Below are positions 63,533 through 64,000 of a stretch of DNA of 64,000 nt, in pieces; within the stretch, counting starts at the first letter, position 1; every line of letters starts with the position of its first letter. The DNA lies in contig MU053934.1 of the NCBI GenBank assembly GCA_013239625.1, positions 6,280,399 through 6,344,398 on the forward strand, read 5' to 3'. The notes below the pieces were generated by a model. That model saw only the letters and a program-made list of their open reading frames with translations, was not told the origin of the DNA and did no database searches. Source of the DNA: Lama guanicoe (Eukaryota). The translations under genes were made by a program, and so were the position numbers.

Positions 63533-64000
63533 ATTTTTTTTATTGAAGTACAGTCAGTTACAATATGTCAATTTCTGGTGTACGGCACAATGTCCCAGTC
63601 ATGCATATACATATATATTTGTTTTCATATTCTTTTTCATTAAAGGTTATTACAAGATATTGAATATACTTCTCTGTGCTATACAGAAGAAATTTTTTTA
63701 AGATTTGTTTTTATGTATAGTGGCTAACATTTGCAAATCTCAAACCTCCAAATTTATCCCTTCTCACCAGCTTTCCCCAGTAACCACAAGATTGTTTTCT
63801 ATGTCTGCGAGTCCGTTTCTGTTCTGTTGATGAGTTTATAATGTCCTTTTTTTTTAAGATTCTACATATGAATGATATCATATGGTATTTTTCTTTCTCT
63901 TTCTGGCTTACTTCACTTAGAATGATGATCTCTAGGTCCATCCATGTTGCTGCAGATGGCATTAATTTATTCTTTTTTTTTTTAACATTTTTTAATTGAT
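63533..64000 (-). mobile_element. L1 3' end(s), running off the window
   Basis: poly(T)-attgaagtacagtcagttacaa...tccatccatgttgctgcag; a second T-rich tail begins at about 63973. Confidence 0.85.

Overview
Mammalian genomic DNA, not prokaryotic. The tRNA-derived SINE and L1 3' ends suggest a camelid or other cetartiodactyl (inference). The gene order matches the human 22q13.2 block as I recall it. (1) The last 7 coding exons of XRCC6/Ku70 (+), with stop at 13436. (2) The complete 3-coding-exon SNU13/NHP2L1 gene (-), encoding the 128-aa 15.5K protein. (3) An intact 2-exon C22orf46-like gene (+) of about 1579 aa with one 4.5-kb coding exon. (4) The first 17 coding exons of MEI1 (+), running off the window. 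All exon junctions were read by hand, are GT-AG and are in phase. Introns and intergenic DNA hold L1, L2, MIR, MLT/ERV LTR and hAT remnants, young SINEs and two U6 retrocopies, one a U6/L1 chimera. The best leads are: the long C22orf46-like protein (19-aa degenerate repeat rich in ETQ/EIQ, plus a SPATA31/FAM205-like motif); a candidate unproductive-splicing cassette in SNU13 intron 1; and a palindrome-plus-42-bp templated copy of exon sequence in the C22orf46-like intron. Repeat family names and orthologue comparisons are from memory, not from searches.
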